Source: Bacilli bacterium
GTDB lineage: Bacteria > Bacillota_I > Bacilli_A > RFN20 > CAG-826
Direction: 5' to 3'
DNA length: 64,000 nt
Assembly (NCBI GenBank): GCA_024408075.1
Contig: JAKSVK010000001.1
Location: 17,273 to 81,272 of the forward strand
A program made the translations under genes and the position numbers. Positions 37,062 to 47,291 of the stretch are shown here, one piece after another. Under the pieces are notes generated by a model, which searched no databases, was not told the origin of the DNA, and worked only from the letters and a program-made list of their open reading frames with translations. Positions within the stretch are counted from its first letter, which is position 1; every line of letters begins with the position of its first letter.

Positions 37062-38150
37062 TTATTTCAAAATATGCTTTTCAAAACAGCCAACCATAAG
37101 TTTATTCTTATATGGGACATTATTTGTTTCGAAATACTTAATATTATCTTTTAAAATTGTCGAAAATCCTTTATTAAGGTTAACCTCAATTGCATCAATT
37201 AACCATTTTGAGTCAAAACCACGTGTTGGTTCTATCTTATCTGCTGCATAAACAATTTTTGCTATGTCACACATCGAAGAACAACCGGTTGTATGGAACT
37301 TTATTGCGTTTAAAATGTCGTTATTTGTTATATTGAAATCGTTTTTAGCTAAGAAATGACCAATAAATTGATGATAAACAGGTGCTGGAAGATCCAAATA
37401 TTCTGAATAATGCCCTTTCATTATAGAAATTGCATCCTGGGCTTTTACATTTTTACCTATATCATGGAGCAAACCAGCAATAAAACAGTCATATTTAATG
37501 CTTAATTTATTTTTCTCTGCTATTTCATAAGCTAATTTAGCTACTTCAACAGAATGATTATAACGTTCAGCAGTGAGATATGATTTTATTTTATTTATAA
37601 AATAAAGATTATTATCAATAATATAATTTATAACACTAATAGGAAGATTTAATGATTTCAAATCTTTGATATCACTTGATGAAATATCTAATTCTTGGCC
37701 TTCTAGCTTTGTAATACTATATTTTTGAATATTATTTTCTTCGACTTTAAATCCAGGCCGTGCAAAATACACTATTTTAACTAATTTAGATATTTCTTCT
37801 GCGTTTTTCCATAAATGGAATTTATTTACTTGATCTGTACCAATAAGCAAGTACAAATTATCGTTATGATATATCTCTTTGAAGTGTTTGATTGTATCAA
37901 TTGTGTAATTAATGTCGCTTCGTTGATTTACTTCAAATTCATCAATAAATAGCCTTTTTTTGCCTGAAATAGCTAATTTAAGCATATTTATCTTGTGATC
38001 TATTGATACACTATCATTTTTCCATACTGCAATTTTTGCAGGAATAAAATAAACATCAGCGTCTAATTGCCTAGATGCTTCTAAAGCCATATTTAAATGT
38101 CCATTATGAACTGGATCAAAAGCACCACCAAATAAAACAATGTTTTTCAT
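37062..38150 (-). CDS. nadD: Fused nicotinate-nucleotide adenylyltransferase NadD and HD-domain hydrolase YqeK
   Basis: N-terminal (H/T)xGH motif GGAFDPVHNGH; C-terminal HD domain …HSVEVAKLAY…GLLHDIGK…; 362 aa single ORF. Confidence 0.85.
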   Translation of the reverse strand: MKNIVLFGGAFDPVHNGHLNMALEASRQLDADVYFIPAKIAVWKNDSVSIDHKINMLKLAISGKKRLFIDEFEVNQRSDINYTIDTIKHFKEIYHNDNLYLLIGTDQVNKFHLWKNAEEISKLVKIVYFARPGFKVEENNIQKYSITKLEGQELDISSSDIKDLKSLNLPISVINYIIDNNLYFINKIKSYLTAERYNHSVEVAKLAYEIAEKNKLSIKYDCFIAGLLHDIGKNVKAQDAISIMKGHYSEYLDLPAPVYHQFIGHFLAKNDFNITNNDILNAIKFHTTGCSSMCDIAKIVYAADKIEPTRGFDSKWLIDAIEVNLNKGFSTILKDNIKYFETNNVPYKNKLMVGCFEKHILK

Positions 38151-38443
38151 TATTTTTTAAGTTTTATTCTTTGTTTTTCTTTGTTTTTGCGATACAAAAT
38201 AATGACTTTTCCAACAACTTGCACTATTTCAGCATGAAGTTTGCTAGATAAATCTAAAGCAAGTTCCATGATTGAATCATCAACTGATGACATAACATCG
38301 ATTTTAATTAATTCTCTTGCAGTTAAGGCTTTATCAAGCATCTCTAAAAGAGAATCAGTAATTTCGTTTTTTCCTAATTGATATCTAACTTTTTCAACTG
38401 AAGCTAAAGCTTTTAATTGTTTTTTCTCTGCTTGAGTTAACAT
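38150..38443 (-). CDS. yhbY: RNA-binding protein YhbY (CRS1/CRM domain)
   Basis: 97 aa, …QLGKNEITDSLLEMLDKAL…ELIKI… CRM fold; operon position yqeH-yhbY-nadD. Confidence 0.8.
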   Translation of the reverse strand: MLTQAEKKQLKALASVEKVRYQLGKNEITDSLLEMLDKALTARELIKIDVMSSVDDSIMELALDLSSKLHAEIVQVVGKVIILYRKNKEKQRIKLKK

Positions 38444-38446
38444 AAA

Positions 38447-39583
38447 TTATCTAACTTTAGATAAGGATTCTTTTAAAGCTGCACCTTTTGGTAATGCAAC
38501 ACGTATTGTTTGTCCTTGTCCACGTACGGAAAGAGTACATAAGCCTTCAATCCCGATATCGTGACGTAATCCATCATCTTCTAAATCATATTCGAATAAG
38601 TCAAAGTCTTCGAATGAAGTAAAGTTTTTACTATATGGTTGTAAACTATGATTTTTAAGCATTTTTGCAATTGTTGTATCAGCTTTATCGAGATTAAGCG
38701 TTTTGAGTTCAACATTTTCTGCAGCAAAAATACGATATGATGTATGTCTGCCTTTTAATATATAAAATGCTGCTAAGCATCCAACACAAATTACTTTTTC
38801 ATCACCAAGAATAAATCTGGTCATTTTTACTTCTTTTTTAGGAGTAATAACTCTTTGCGCTTCTTTTTCAACGTTTGATAAGACCGAAGTCTTATTAGAC
38901 AAGTCTGGTAATTCGTATAAGAAAGAAGAATTGGATAGAGGTATTTCTAATACGTCAGCATTTGTATTTGGATATTTTTCTGTCTTAATTGGCCATTTAG
39001 TGTTGTTTTTATAGTTCTCTAAGAACTTGTTGATGATTGTAGTTTTTCCACTATTTAAGTTTCCAATCATGTAAACATCGTGACCTTCTCTTAGACTATT
39101 AATTTTCTTCATTAAAGCAGTAGCATCTAAAGCATTTTCTTTGCCTAAGATTTGAATCCATACTGGATTAATACCGCATTCTGCGAATCTTTCATCAATG
39201 AATCTTTCGAGAGTTTCATTGCTTACAGATGAATCAAATAAGTCTCTTTTTGTGCCAAAGACTATTACTTTTAATTTCTTAATTTTTTTGACGACTTCTG
39301 AATTTAATGTACCATTAAAGGAAAATAGATCTACAACCCAAATAACTAAAGCATCAGTTGCAGTTGCATCTTTAAGTATCTTTAAAGTGTCCTTATCAAC
39401 TGTGTTTTCTAGTTCGCTAGAGTTAAGATTTAGTTTTTTCTCATAGCAATCATTACAATATGGAATTTTAGGTGTTCCATTTTCAATGACTGATTTTGAA
39501 ATGTAACCAGGTTTATTCTTGTCTTCGCTTTGTAAGATAGCTCCACAACCTTGGCATCGAATGACTCTTCTAATATTTGCCAT
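38447..39583 (-). CDS. yqeH: Ribosome biogenesis GTPase YqeH (circularly permuted)
   Basis: N-terminal Zn-finger CQGCGA…CNDCY, permuted G motifs (…GNLNSGKTT…); ATG at 39583 with RBS GGAGGAA and 1-nt TAATG overlap with yqeG (track starts at TTG 39598). Confidence 0.85.
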   Translation of the reverse strand: MANIRRVIRCQGCGAILQSEDKNKPGYISKSVIENGTPKIPYCNDCYEKKLNLNSSELENTVDKDTLKILKDATATDALVIWVVDLFSFNGTLNSEVVKKIKKLKVIVFGTKRDLFDSSVSNETLERFIDERFAECGINPVWIQILGKENALDATALMKKINSLREGHDVYMIGNLNSGKTTIINKFLENYKNNTKWPIKTEKYPNTNADVLEIPLSNSSFLYELPDLSNKTSVLSNVEKEAQRVITPKKEVKMTRFILGDEKVICVGCLAAFYILKGRHTSYRIFAAENVELKTLNLDKADTTIAKMLKNHSLQPYSKNFTSFEDFDLFEYDLEDDGLRHDIGIEGLCTLSVRGQGQTIRVALPKGAALKESLSKVR

Positions 39584-40107
39584 TACATGTTCCTCCAATC
39601 TTTTAATGCGCCTTTTCTTTTAAGAAAATGACGTATTGGTCTGTCCATTAAACGATTTATATGTGTCGTCCATTGGTCTTCTTTAACAATTTTTTCTGTT
39701 AACAAGACTCTAATATGTGCATGTCTACCCGCTAATACATCCGTAATTAGCTGATCACCAACAAGCATTACATCATTTTTTTGAAGGCCTCTTTTTAAGA
39801 TTTCTTGATTAATCTTACCTGCAAATGGTTTTCTTGCTTTTGCTACATAATCAATTTTCAAATCGTTAGCAAAGCTAGAAACTCTTTTGCCTCTATTATT
39901 GCTAATCACAACAGGTGTTATGCCTTCATCAATAATAGATTTGATAAAATCAAAGGATTTTTGCTTTGGGTGATATGATTTGTAACTGTCTAACGTATTG
40001 TCTAAATCAATAAACAATGTTTTAACACCAGCTTTTTTGAAGAATGATGGATCTACTTCGTAAACTGATTTAGCATGAGCGTAAGGTACAAATTTTTTAA
40101 ACATCAC
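39583..40107 (-). CDS. yqeG: YqeG-family HAD phosphatase
   Basis: HAD motif I LFIDLDNTL, motif …LVGDQLITDV…; first gene of the yqeG-yqeH-yhbY-nadD operon. Confidence 0.8.
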   Translation of the reverse strand: MMFKKFVPYAHAKSVYEVDPSFFKKAGVKTLFIDLDNTLDSYKSYHPKQKSFDFIKSIIDEGITPVVISNNRGKRVSSFANDLKIDYVAKARKPFAGKINQEILKRGLQKNDVMLVGDQLITDVLAGRHAHIRVLLTEKIVKEDQWTTHINRLMDRPIRHFLKRKGALKDWRNM

Positions 40108-40149
40108 ATCTATATTTTAAATGAAAAAGTACTATTTTAATAGACTTTT

Positions 40150-40256
40150 AGTATTAAATTTTAAAATTGTTTCTTTGATAAGAAAAAAATAGCAGATATT
40201 TATTACTATTTATCTACTATTTTATTACTAATTTGTGAGTAAATAACAAAGTTATA
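40150..40256 (-). terminator. Probable terminator region after parC (imperfect hairpin AATAGCAGATA…TATCTACTATT followed on minus strand by U-run)
   Basis: Seen in sequence; imperfect stem. Confidence 0.35.
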
Positions 40257-42881
40257 TTATTCTAAATCATCAAATATTGAGATTTGCTCAAAACCATTTG
40301 TCTCTTTTTCTTCTTCGTCCTTAGTTTCTGCTATTGGTTCCCTTTCAGTGTTGATATTTTCGCTTTCTTCTTCTGTTTTTTTAGATATTACAGGATACGA
40401 AACAACACTATTGTCTATGACAATAAGAGAAGGGTCAAATACGAATGAAACGATTTGTTTTGAACTTATTTCATCAATATTCTTTTTAGCGTATTGAGCT
40501 TCCGTGTTTCTAAAATCACTGACCTTAATTGTTTTAATTGAGTGATTATTTAGATATAGATTTATTATAAATAAATCTTGTTCATTTAATATTGGCTTTA
40601 GAGCAGCCACTACTGTATGTGGATCACCTTTAAATGATGGGCATATTTGTTGTACTCTTCCTAAACGCGCGGTGTGTATTAACTTATTTATATCATTTAC
40701 GCGCATACAGGCCTTGTCTGTGAGGAGAACGACCTTTCCCTTATCATTTTCATTAAAAGCGAGTAAAGAGGTCACAGAATCGTTTCCAAGGCCAGAAATG
40801 GACTTAACTCCACCAGCTTTACCGCTTACTATAGTTAATTCATTCTCGTTGTATAAAGAACAGTTGCCATTACCTGTAACGACTAATAAGTCGCTATTAC
40901 CGGATAATAAGACTATGCCTACTACTTGGTCATTAGTTAAAAGTTTCATGTATTTAGAAGGACGTCTATGTGATGAGAGTTCCAAATCACTAATTGGCAT
41001 TCTTTTAATTTGACCAAATTTAGAGACAACTCCTAAATATAAGTCGTTTCTTGGCTCATGAACAACCATTGCTTTAATGATTTTTTCACCAGAAGCGAAT
41101 GTTGTGAACACATTAATATGTGTTCCTTCGTCTTTCCATTTATTTTCAGTTAATTCAAAGACATGTGTGCAGCAATAATTTCCTAAATTTGTGAAACATA
41201 GCAAATAGTCAGTACTCATTGCTTTGCCAGAACCAACAAGCATATCTCCATCTTTAATTCCAGGCATTGAACCTTCTGATGAAGAAAAACTTCTCACTGA
41301 GCTGCGTTTTAAATAGCCATCATAAGTGACTGCAAGATATACTTCTTCTTTGGCAACAAGATCTCTTTTGTCAATCTCTTTAGTTTCACCTTTTTCGATG
41401 ATTTGTGTTCGACGTTCATCGCCGTATTTTTCAGCGATTCTTTTGAGGTCTTTTATTAGCACTTTATTTAGCTTATTTTCATCTTCAATAATACCAGTTA
41501 AAAATTCGATTGTATCGAGCAATTCTTTCTTTTCTGTTTCTAAAATAATTTCATCAGTATGACTCAATTTATATAGAGGCATTGTAACGATTGCTTCAGC
41601 TTGTTCGTTGGATAATTTAAAGCGTTCCATTAAGTTAATTTTTGAGTCAGCTTTATCGTTACTTTTTCTAATAATTTCCACTACTTCGTTGATATTTAAT
41701 GAAGCTAAAATTAAGCCTTCAACAATATGAAGTCTATCCTTTGATTTTTGTAGATCAAATTTGCTTCTACGAGTAATAACATCTACTTGGTGAGAGATAT
41801 ATGAATCTACATAATCGAGTAAGTTTAATGTTTTAGGTTTACCATCACATATAGCAACCATATTTGCTGAATAACCTGTAACAAGTGAGGTTTTCTTCAT
41901 TAAATATTGAAGAATTGTTTCAACATTTGTGGTCTTTTTAACATCAACTACGATTCTAATACCTTTCCAATCTGACTCATCTCTAACTTCAATAATGCCA
42001 TCAACGTCTTTTGCGTGGCGAATTTTGTCTATTTCATAGACAAGCTGAATTTTCACCACTTTATAAGGTATTTCTGTGATAACAATTTGATTAACGTCCT
42101 TATTTTGCACTATTTCAGCTTTACCAGAAATTTCGATTCTTCCACGTCCTGTTTCGTATATTTGATTTAATCCTGATGAAGAATAAATATATCCACCAGT
42201 TGGGAAATCAGGTCCTTTAACAAATTGTATTAAATCGCTCACTGAAACATTCTTGTGATTGATTCGATAAATAATGGCATCAATGACTTCTCTAAGGTTG
42301 TGTGGAGGTATTTCAGTTGCTATAGCAACTGCAATTCCTTCTGTTCCGTTTACTAAAAGGTTAGGGAATTTGGAAGGAAGAACAATTGGTTCGAACTTTG
42401 TATCATCAAAATTGAGTTGCATATCGACTGTTTTCTTCTCTAAATCAGATACTAATTCATTAGATAATTCACTTAATCTACTTTCTGTATAACGATATGC
42501 AGCAGGTGAATCTCCATCAATTGATCCATTATTACCTTGAAAATCAATTAAAGGATATCTAACTTTCCAGTCTTGACTCATTCTTGCTAAAGCTTCATAT
42601 ATAGAAGTATCACCGTGTGGGTGATAAGTACCCATAACAGCACCAACTGTATGAGCACATTTTTTAGTTGGTTTATTAAATGTATTTCCATTTTCATACA
42701 TGGAGAAAATAATACGTCTTTGAACTGGTTTTAAACCATCTCTAACATCAGGAATTGCACGATCTTGAATGACATATTTTGCATATGTTGCATATCTATC
42801 ACCCATGACATCTTCAAGAGGTTCAATAGATATATTTTCATCAACAATTTCGTCGATTATATCAGTCTTTTTCTTAGACAT
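40257..42881 (-). CDS. parC: DNA topoisomerase IV subunit A (type IIA topoisomerase A subunit lacking GyrA box)
   Basis: Active-site region …AAYRYTE…, WHD/tower domains, β-pinwheel CTD; no QRRGGKG GyrA-box where expected (…GYLKRSSVRSFSSSEG…); plsY adjacency as in Bacillus plsY-parE-parC. Confidence 0.7.
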   Translation of the reverse strand: MSKKKTDIIDEIVDENISIEPLEDVMGDRYATYAKYVIQDRAIPDVRDGLKPVQRRIIFSMYENGNTFNKPTKKCAHTVGAVMGTYHPHGDTSIYEALARMSQDWKVRYPLIDFQGNNGSIDGDSPAAYRYTESRLSELSNELVSDLEKKTVDMQLNFDDTKFEPIVLPSKFPNLLVNGTEGIAVAIATEIPPHNLREVIDAIIYRINHKNVSVSDLIQFVKGPDFPTGGYIYSSSGLNQIYETGRGRIEISGKAEIVQNKDVNQIVITEIPYKVVKIQLVYEIDKIRHAKDVDGIIEVRDESDWKGIRIVVDVKKTTNVETILQYLMKKTSLVTGYSANMVAICDGKPKTLNLLDYVDSYISHQVDVITRRSKFDLQKSKDRLHIVEGLILASLNINEVVEIIRKSNDKADSKINLMERFKLSNEQAEAIVTMPLYKLSHTDEIILETEKKELLDTIEFLTGIIEDENKLNKVLIKDLKRIAEKYGDERRTQIIEKGETKEIDKRDLVAKEEVYLAVTYDGYLKRSSVRSFSSSEGSMPGIKDGDMLVGSGKAMSTDYLLCFTNLGNYCCTHVFELTENKWKDEGTHINVFTTFASGEKIIKAMVVHEPRNDLYLGVVSKFGQIKRMPISDLELSSHRRPSKYMKLLTNDQVVGIVLLSGNSDLLVVTGNGNCSLYNENELTIVSGKAGGVKSISGLGNDSVTSLLAFNENDKGKVVLLTDKACMRVNDINKLIHTARLGRVQQICPSFKGDPHTVVAALKPILNEQDLFIINLYLNNHSIKTIKVSDFRNTEAQYAKKNIDEISSKQIVSFVFDPSLIVIDNSVVSYPVISKKTEEESENINTEREPIAETKDEEEKETNGFEQISIFDDLE

Positions 42882-42883
42882 AA

Positions 42884-44818
42884 TTATTTGACCTCCTTAA
42901 TAAATGTATCAACTTTATTGAAGTCAACATTCTCTTCTAGCCATTCACGTCTGACACTAGCATCACGTCCCATAAGAACGCCTACTCTTTTCTCGACTAA
43001 AATAGGATCGTTGATATCAACTTGAATTAAAAATCTAGTTTTAGGGTCCATAGTAGTTTCTTTTAATTGGATAGCATCCATTTCTCCAAGACCTTTATAA
43101 CGATTAATCTTATATCCAGAGCCGACTTTTTTCTTAGCTTCTTCAAGCCCTTTGTCGTCCCAAGCATATTCTTGAATTAATTTTTTATTTTCTTCTTTAT
43201 ATATTCTATATAAAGGTGGAACAGCAACAAAGACATGTCCACTTGTAATTAAATTCCTCATATAGTGATAGAAGAATGTAAGTAAAAGAGTTTGAATATG
43301 AGCTCCATCAGTATCAGCATCGGTCATAATGATGATTTTTCCATAATGAATGTCTTCAATATCAAAACTTTGGCCAAATCCAGCACCTATTGTATTAATG
43401 ATTGTAGCCATTTCTTCGTTATGGAGAAGCTTGTCAAGCGCGATTGAGTCAGTATTTAATGGCTTACCACGTAGTGGTAATATTGCTTGATGTATTCTGT
43501 CTCTTCCTTTTTTAGCGGTTCCTCCAGCGGAATCACCTTCAACAATAAATAACTCATTTTTAAGATAATCTTTACTTTGAGCAGGTGTTAATTTGTCTGA
43601 TAGAATCACATCTTGTTTAGCTTTTTTGCTACTTCTAGCTTCATCTTTTGCTTTTCTTGCTGCAATACGAACATTTTGGCTATCAATACATTTTTTTATG
43701 ATTTGTAACGCATTTTCCTTATTTTCTGCAAGATAATAAGTAAACTTATTATAAATCAGGTTCGAAACTACTTGATAAGCGATAGGAGTACCAAGTTTTC
43801 CCTTGGTTTGACCTTCAAATTCAAGTAATTCCTCAGGTATTTTAAGAGAAATAACTGCGGTTAAACCCTCTCTAATATCGCTTCCTTCAAGTTTTTTGTT
43901 TTTAAGTAAACTTTGTTGTTCACCAAAATCATTTACTGCACGGGTAATACCATTTCTAAATCCAGATTCATGAGTACCACCATCAGATGTTTTAACGTTA
44001 TTTACATATGAATAGACTGTTTCGTTATAGTCTTCAAAGCAATATTGAAGAGCGATTTCTGTTTCAATATGAGTTGTTGGATCAACATCAGTAAAGCTTG
44101 CAACAGGAATAATTGGATTCTTGTTTTCATTAAGTCTTCCGACGAATTCTAAAAGGCCATCTTGATAGAAAAATTCTTCTTTTTGTCCTGTTCTTTCATC
44201 ATTAATGATGAAACGGACTCCTTTCATCAAGAAAGCACTCTCTTGTAAATGAGATGCAATTGTGTCGTATTTAAAATCTACTGTAGAGAAAATTTCTTTA
44301 TCGGGTTTGAATCTTACAAGTGTTCCGTGCTTCTTAGTTTCACCTGTTTTTTCAAGTGGAGCGACTAAATGACCACCATTTTCAAATCTAAGGTGATAAT
44401 TTGAACCATTTTGTGATACTTTAACATCACAATAACTACTTAAAGCATTGGTAACAGCAGCTCCAACACCATGTAATCCACCAGCACTTTTATATACTGA
44501 TGAGTTAAATTTTCCACCAGCATGTAGTTCTGTAAATACTATTTCAACACCTGGACGACCAGTTTCTTTATTAATATCAGTAGGAATTCCACGTCCTTCA
44601 TCTTGGACAGAGCAACTTCCATCTTTGTGTAAAGTTACTGTAATATTTTTTCCATATCCACTTAATGCTTCATCAACAGCATTATCTACTATTTCCCAAA
44701 CTAAATGATGGAGGCCCATTGAGTTACTGCTTCCAATATACATAGCAGGTCTTTTTCTAACACCTTCAAGTCCTTGCAAAATGTGAATATCATTTGCTGT
44801 ATATTGTCTTTCTGCCAT
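42884..44818 (-). CDS. parE: DNA topoisomerase IV subunit B (GHKL ATPase + TOPRIM)
   Basis: RBS AAGGAGGAAG; GHKL motifs EIVDNAVDE, GLHGVG; TOPRIM EGDSAGG; 644 aa. Confidence 0.7.
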   Translation of the reverse strand: MAERQYTANDIHILQGLEGVRKRPAMYIGSSNSMGLHHLVWEIVDNAVDEALSGYGKNITVTLHKDGSCSVQDEGRGIPTDINKETGRPGVEIVFTELHAGGKFNSSVYKSAGGLHGVGAAVTNALSSYCDVKVSQNGSNYHLRFENGGHLVAPLEKTGETKKHGTLVRFKPDKEIFSTVDFKYDTIASHLQESAFLMKGVRFIINDERTGQKEEFFYQDGLLEFVGRLNENKNPIIPVASFTDVDPTTHIETEIALQYCFEDYNETVYSYVNNVKTSDGGTHESGFRNGITRAVNDFGEQQSLLKNKKLEGSDIREGLTAVISLKIPEELLEFEGQTKGKLGTPIAYQVVSNLIYNKFTYYLAENKENALQIIKKCIDSQNVRIAARKAKDEARSSKKAKQDVILSDKLTPAQSKDYLKNELFIVEGDSAGGTAKKGRDRIHQAILPLRGKPLNTDSIALDKLLHNEEMATIINTIGAGFGQSFDIEDIHYGKIIIMTDADTDGAHIQTLLLTFFYHYMRNLITSGHVFVAVPPLYRIYKEENKKLIQEYAWDDKGLEEAKKKVGSGYKINRYKGLGEMDAIQLKETTMDPKTRFLIQVDINDPILVEKRVGVLMGRDASVRREWLEENVDFNKVDTFIKEVK

Positions 44819-44836
44819 AACTTCCTCCTTGTTTCG

Positions 44837-44853
44837 CCGTTTATTATAAACGG
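44837..44853. promoter_or_regulatory. Perfect 17-nt palindrome CCGTTTAT-T-ATAAACGG in parE/plsY divergent region, 6 nt upstream of parE SD
   Basis: Seen in sequence; candidate operator or 5'-UTR hairpin. Confidence 0.3.
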
Positions 44854-44903
44854 AAAATATTGCATTTTAAAAGTCATTTAGTAAAATGAAATAGGGACAA
44901 ATT

Positions 44904-45668
44904 ATGGATATTAATTCTATTAATATATTGACTGCATTTTTGTTAATAATTTTTGGCTATTTAGTTGGTTCAATACCAAATGCTATTTGGATTGGAAAGG
45001 TGTTTTTTCACAAAGATGTTCGTGATTTTGGAAGCGGAAATGCAGGTGGAACAAACGCTGGAAGAGTATTTGGAAAAAGGATTGGAGTTTTAGTAATTTT
45101 TCTTGATGCACTCAAGGTAATTATCCCTCTTTACATATCATGGATTATCCTTACAAAAGTGAATTTATATGATGGCAGACCATTAGTTTCTGATGTTACA
45201 AGCAAATATGTTTATGGTATCAACGACACTGCTATTAAGTTCCCAATCTATTGGTTAACAACCATAGGTTGTTGCATTGGTCACTGCTTCCCACTTTTTG
45301 CTCAATTTAAGGGCGGAAAGAATGTCTCTTGCTTCTATGGAATTGCAATCGGAACATCTTGGTTATTTGGTGTAATTCCTGGATTATTATTCATGCTTAT
45401 CTTAAAACTTAAAAAATATGTTTCTTTATCAAGCATTCTATCAAGTTGGATTGCTGTACTTTTTGCTATCGTTTGGGCAATTTTTGTCGAAACTAAAGTA
45501 GTTACAGGATCCACAGTATCAATAGTTACATATGGAGCTACATTTGAATGCAATTGGTTATTTGCGGTATGTCTTACTTTTGCTGCTGGACTATTAACTT
45601 TCACCCATAGAACTAACATTTCTAGACTTAAAAATCACTCAGAACGTAAGATTACTTGGATGAAATAA
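44904..45668 (+). CDS. plsY: Glycerol-3-phosphate acyltransferase PlsY
   Basis: …SIPNAIWIGKVFF…DVRDFGSGNAGGTNAGRVFGKRIG… PlsY motifs; 254 aa (internal insertion relative to typical ~200 aa). Confidence 0.88.
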   Translation: MDINSINILTAFLLIIFGYLVGSIPNAIWIGKVFFHKDVRDFGSGNAGGTNAGRVFGKRIGVLVIFLDALKVIIPLYISWIILTKVNLYDGRPLVSDVTSKYVYGINDTAIKFPIYWLTTIGCCIGHCFPLFAQFKGGKNVSCFYGIAIGTSWLFGVIPGLLFMLILKLKKYVSLSSILSSWIAVLFAIVWAIFVETKVVTGSTVSIVTYGATFECNWLFAVCLTFAAGLLTFTHRTNISRLKNHSERKITWMK

Positions 45669-45751
45669 TCATAGTAATTAATTAGTAATAAATTAGTAGA
45701 TAATAAATATTTCATATTTATATAGTTGAATATTAAAATATTAAATATAAT

Positions 45752-45782
45752 AAAAAGCGCTCAAATCGAGCGCTTATATTTT
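45752..45782. terminator. Bidirectional rho-independent terminator (A5-AGCGCTC-aaat-CGAGCGCT-T-rich) between plsY and yneF
   Basis: Seen in sequence. Confidence 0.6.
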
Positions 45783-45797
45783 ATTAATTTGTCCCAA

Positions 45798-46025
45798 TTA
45801 ACGTTGTTGTCTTTTAACAGCATTCATTGTACGTTGAATATCAGCTTCTGAAGGCTTTCTACCAACACTTTGATATAAAGCTCTAATCATTGCTTCATTG
45901 ATTGGTGGGTTCTTTTCTAATTGCTTCTTAAAGAAGAATCTAGCACCAAAGAAACCTCCAATTAATCCAACAACAACAGCTACAACAACTAAGCCAATCC
46001 AGGCTCCTGTGCCCATGAGTATCAT
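45798..46025 (-). CDS. yneF: UPF0154/YneF-family small membrane protein
   Basis: 75 aa, N-terminal TM then …INEAMIRALYQSVGRKPSEADIQRTMNAVKRQ…. Confidence 0.7.
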   Translation of the reverse strand: MILMGTGAWIGLVVVAVVVGLIGGFFGARFFFKKQLEKNPPINEAMIRALYQSVGRKPSEADIQRTMNAVKRQQR

Positions 46026-46033
46026 ATTTTCTC

Positions 46034-46591
46034 CTATGCTCTTCCGTCGTAATCGCCGTTATCTGTTCTTACTAGAACAGTTTCGCCTTCTTCAATGAAT
46101 AATGGAACTCTAACTTTTAATCCAGTTTCAAGTTCGGCATCTTTCATAGCTTTATTAACTGTATCGCCACGAATTGCTGGTTCACAATGTGTGATTTTTA
46201 AAGCAACTTTAGCAGGTAAGTTAATACCTAATACTTCTCCTTCATAAGAAGTAATTTCAACGATTTCTTCGCCTTTAAGGAATTGAATTTCCCATTTAAG
46301 TCTATCTTTAGATATTTCGATTTGATCGTATGTTTCTTGATCCATGAAGCATAAAGCATCACCAGTATCATAAAGATACTGCATTTGTCTCTTATCCAAT
46401 CTAATTGTGTCGATTGCATAACCTGAGTTACGAGCCATTTCAGTAACAGCTCCGGTTCTTAAATTTTTAACTTTAACCTTTGCAACCATCTTTCTCATAG
46501 CGGTTTTATTTAATAAGATATCTAATACTTGATAAATATTACCGTCTTCAACAAAGTAATTGCCTGGTCTTAATTCTGTAACATTAACCAT
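46034..46591 (-). CDS. efp: Elongation factor P
   Basis: 185 aa, MVNVTELRPGNYFVEDG…, KOW-like and OB domains. Confidence 0.95.
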   Translation of the reverse strand: MVNVTELRPGNYFVEDGNIYQVLDILLNKTAMRKMVAKVKVKNLRTGAVTEMARNSGYAIDTIRLDKRQMQYLYDTGDALCFMDQETYDQIEISKDRLKWEIQFLKGEEIVEITSYEGEVLGINLPAKVALKITHCEPAIRGDTVNKAMKDAELETGLKVRVPLFIEEGETVLVRTDNGDYDGRA

Positions 46592-46630
46592 AAAATTTTT
46601 CCTTTCGTATGATTTTACTTTGATATTATA

Positions 46631-47263
46631 TCAAATTTCTCGTTTTAATAAACGATTAAATAGAAGTTCATCTCTAATTGTTGTTGTTTGACTATGTCCT
46701 GGATAGACTTTAGTTTCTTTTGGAAGAAGAGTAAGTTTTCTTAGAGAATCTCTTTTTTGAGATGGGCAAGAAGTAATTAAATCATCTCTTCCAATCGTAT
46801 ATTTAAACAATGTGTCTCCAGAAATGAGCATTTTACTATTTTCACAATAGTAGCAAACACTTCCAACTGTATGAAACGGAGTATGAATAACTTTAATTGT
46901 TTCATCTTTTAATAAGTTAAGCTCTTGATTATCAAAAACTGGAATAGCTTCTGTATCAACTGTAATGTTTAACTCGTCTGAACAGTTTAATCTAGGATCT
47001 TTTAATGCTGGAATGTCTAATTCATGACAGTAAAGAGGTAAATTAAACTTTTTAATAAATCTATTCACACCTCTAATGTGATCATAATGAGCGTGTGTAA
47101 GTAAGATAGCTTTTGGAGTTAAATTATTATTAATAATAAAATCAATAACTCCATCATAATCACAAGACGGATCCACCACTAAACATTCTTTGCCTTGAAT
47201 TAAGACATAAGTGTTTGATGCTAATTCTTCTTTTGAGTTATAACAAAATGCTTCTATTCTCAT
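46631..47263 (-). CDS. MBL-fold metallo-hydrolase
   Basis: HxHxDH motif LTHAHYDH, 210 aa. Confidence 0.75.
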   Translation of the reverse strand: MRIEAFCYNSKEELASNTYVLIQGKECLVVDPSCDYDGVIDFIINNNLTPKAILLTHAHYDHIRGVNRFIKKFNLPLYCHELDIPALKDPRLNCSDELNITVDTEAIPVFDNQELNLLKDETIKVIHTPFHTVGSVCYYCENSKMLISGDTLFKYTIGRDDLITSCPSQKRDSLRKLTLLPKETKVYPGHSQTTTIRDELLFNRLLKREI

Positions 47264-47291
47264 ACCTTACACAAAAAAATAGGAATAAATC

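Noticed and set aside
36958-37251. 97-aa plus-strand ORF in the crp/yqeK convergent gap
   Set aside because: It has no SD and extremely AT-biased codons, and most of it overlaps the 3' end of the conserved nadD-yqeK ORF on the other strand.
40257-44818. Possibility that this B/A pair is gyrB/gyrA rather than parE/parC
   Set aside because: The A subunit lacks a GyrA box (QRRGGKG) at the start of the CTD. The pair is adjacent to plsY as in the Bacillus plsY-parE-parC arrangement and is not near dnaA, dnaN or recF. Some uncertainty remains without phylogeny.
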